Source: Rhizodiscina lignyota
Lineage: Eukaryota
Length of the DNA: 64,000 nucleotides
Direction of reading: 5' to 3'
NCBI GenBank assembly: GCA_010015805.1
Contig: ML978122.1
Coordinates: forward strand, 1,584,453 to 1,648,452
Of this stretch, positions 62,923 through 64,000 are shown piece after piece (position 1 is the stretch's first letter; each line of letters starts with the position of its first letter). The position numbers and the translations under genes were made by a program. The notes beneath the pieces are model-generated. The model was not told where the DNA came from, searched no databases, and saw only the letters and a program-made list of their open reading frames with translations.

Positions 62923-64000
62923 TTATACGATCGTCGACTTCTTCAACTTCAAGAACCGTATCGAGCCAGTCTCCGGCTGACAGTTCACATAATCAAAGTG
63001 TGCCTCACCCTTCTTCAGAATCGAGACTTCGTGCCAAGTTCTCAGTTTCCTTGTCGTGCCGAACTTCTTCTGATGTTTCATGAGCCCGGTGTAGATGGCC
63101 TTGTGTGTGGGGTGATGTTTGCTCCAATTCTCTGTCTCGCAGTTAGCGGCGTTGTGCAATCTCACGCTGCTCCACAAGACACTTACCTAAGTCCTCTAGA
63201 CAGCGGAAGAATCTATTATGGCACGGTACGATTAGCACAGTGCCCCATTCCGGTTTACGCTAAAGAGTACTGACCCAGCACCGCACGTCTCTCGCAGTTC
63301 ATGTCCGTCAGGCGCAAGATTTCGCAGGAACCTCAACCCGCAGTTCCCAGACTCAACCGGAGTATCCCACAAATAACCTGTTGGCGCGCGAACTAAGTTA
63401 GCAATGCTACGATAACGAATTGCGATGCAGAATCTTACCTAATCCCTTGAGCAGCGTCGGTTCCAAAAGAGTTTCGTAGGCCTCACGCTCCTCTTCATTA
63501 GTGTTCTCCCAAAACTGACCCGAGCGGATGTGTGCCATGTTGTCGTAGTTGATTCCGACAAGACGCTCGCCCAGACCTGCAGGCACTGGGTCTGGCGGGG
63601 CAGAGACACTATCGTCGACGCGCTCAAAAGCATCCCAGCCAGATCCGGGCAGACGATCACGCGCAGCGCCCCAATATGCCGACAGCTTATGTCGCTGTCT
63701 GTCGGCGCCTGGGATTTTGCCCAAGCCAGGAAGGTAGTCCAGCCCAGAGTAGTTGGTTTCAAGACGGCCTGCCGGAGTCTCGAAAGCCTCGCTCCATAAG
63801 CCGACGGAAGACCGGGCATCGCCGAGCTGAGCATAGAGTTGAGGTAGATTGAGGGCATCGAGACTCGCTTTCCATGTCTCTGCGTCGACCCAATACGCGA
63901 CCCAGGTGATGCTGCCTTTGACGTCGCCTCTGACGACTGAGAAGTCCTCTGAGAGTACTGGGCTGTGAGAGGGGTTCTTTACCCAGTGATTGACGGCAGA
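62923..64000 (-). CDS. oxd: Haem-containing aldoxime (phenylacetaldoxime) dehydratase; 5' end lies outside the window
   Basis: RLETNYSG, AYWGAARDRLP, HIRSGQFW, HPTHKAIY, LRTWHEVSIL, FDYVNC. The frame is open to the window edge. Two introns. Confidence 0.88.

Noticed and set aside
63439..63858. Apparent frameshift in the aldoxime dehydratase suggested by two overlapping minus-strand ORFs
   Set aside because: The true frame (VAYWVDAETWK...RLETNYSGLDYLPGLGK) is open to the window edge and simply has no start codon before 63724.

Overview
This window is intron-containing DNA from a filamentous ascomycete (Pezizomycotina), with about 29 genes or gene remnants. The left part (2-18.5 kb) holds ordinary genes: a yapsin-like aspartic protease, an MFS transporter, a DUF1989 protein, GPI14, a GH95 fucosidase and LYS12. 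The centre (19-40.6 kb) is a compact ten-gene cluster with no PKS, NRPS or terpene backbone. It encodes a SnoaL/NTF2 protein, a C2H2+Zn2Cys6 transcription factor, a cupin, an FAD monooxygenase fused to an acetoacetate-decarboxylase-like domain, a CocE/NonD hydrolase, a second TF-like protein without a DNA-binding domain, a VOC extradiol dioxygenase, a GST-like protein, a P450 and a GMC oxidoreductase. Nearly all of its promoters share a CGG-N2-3-CCCC motif, and a MITE sits inside it. I infer a co-regulated meta-cleavage pathway for catabolism or detoxification of an aromatic compound. The right part (43-64 kb) looks accessory and partly decaying. It has a CFEM protein head-to-head with a disrupted 7TM-like gene, a coiled-coil gene head-to-head with an HSPA12-like Hsp70, a broken DUF6604 gene, a lactonase, a sugar porter, a disrupted CorA-like gene and the 3' part of an aldoxime dehydratase. 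I recognised no rRNA, tRNA or CRISPR. All calls come from reading motifs by eye, and exon boundaries are manual predictions.
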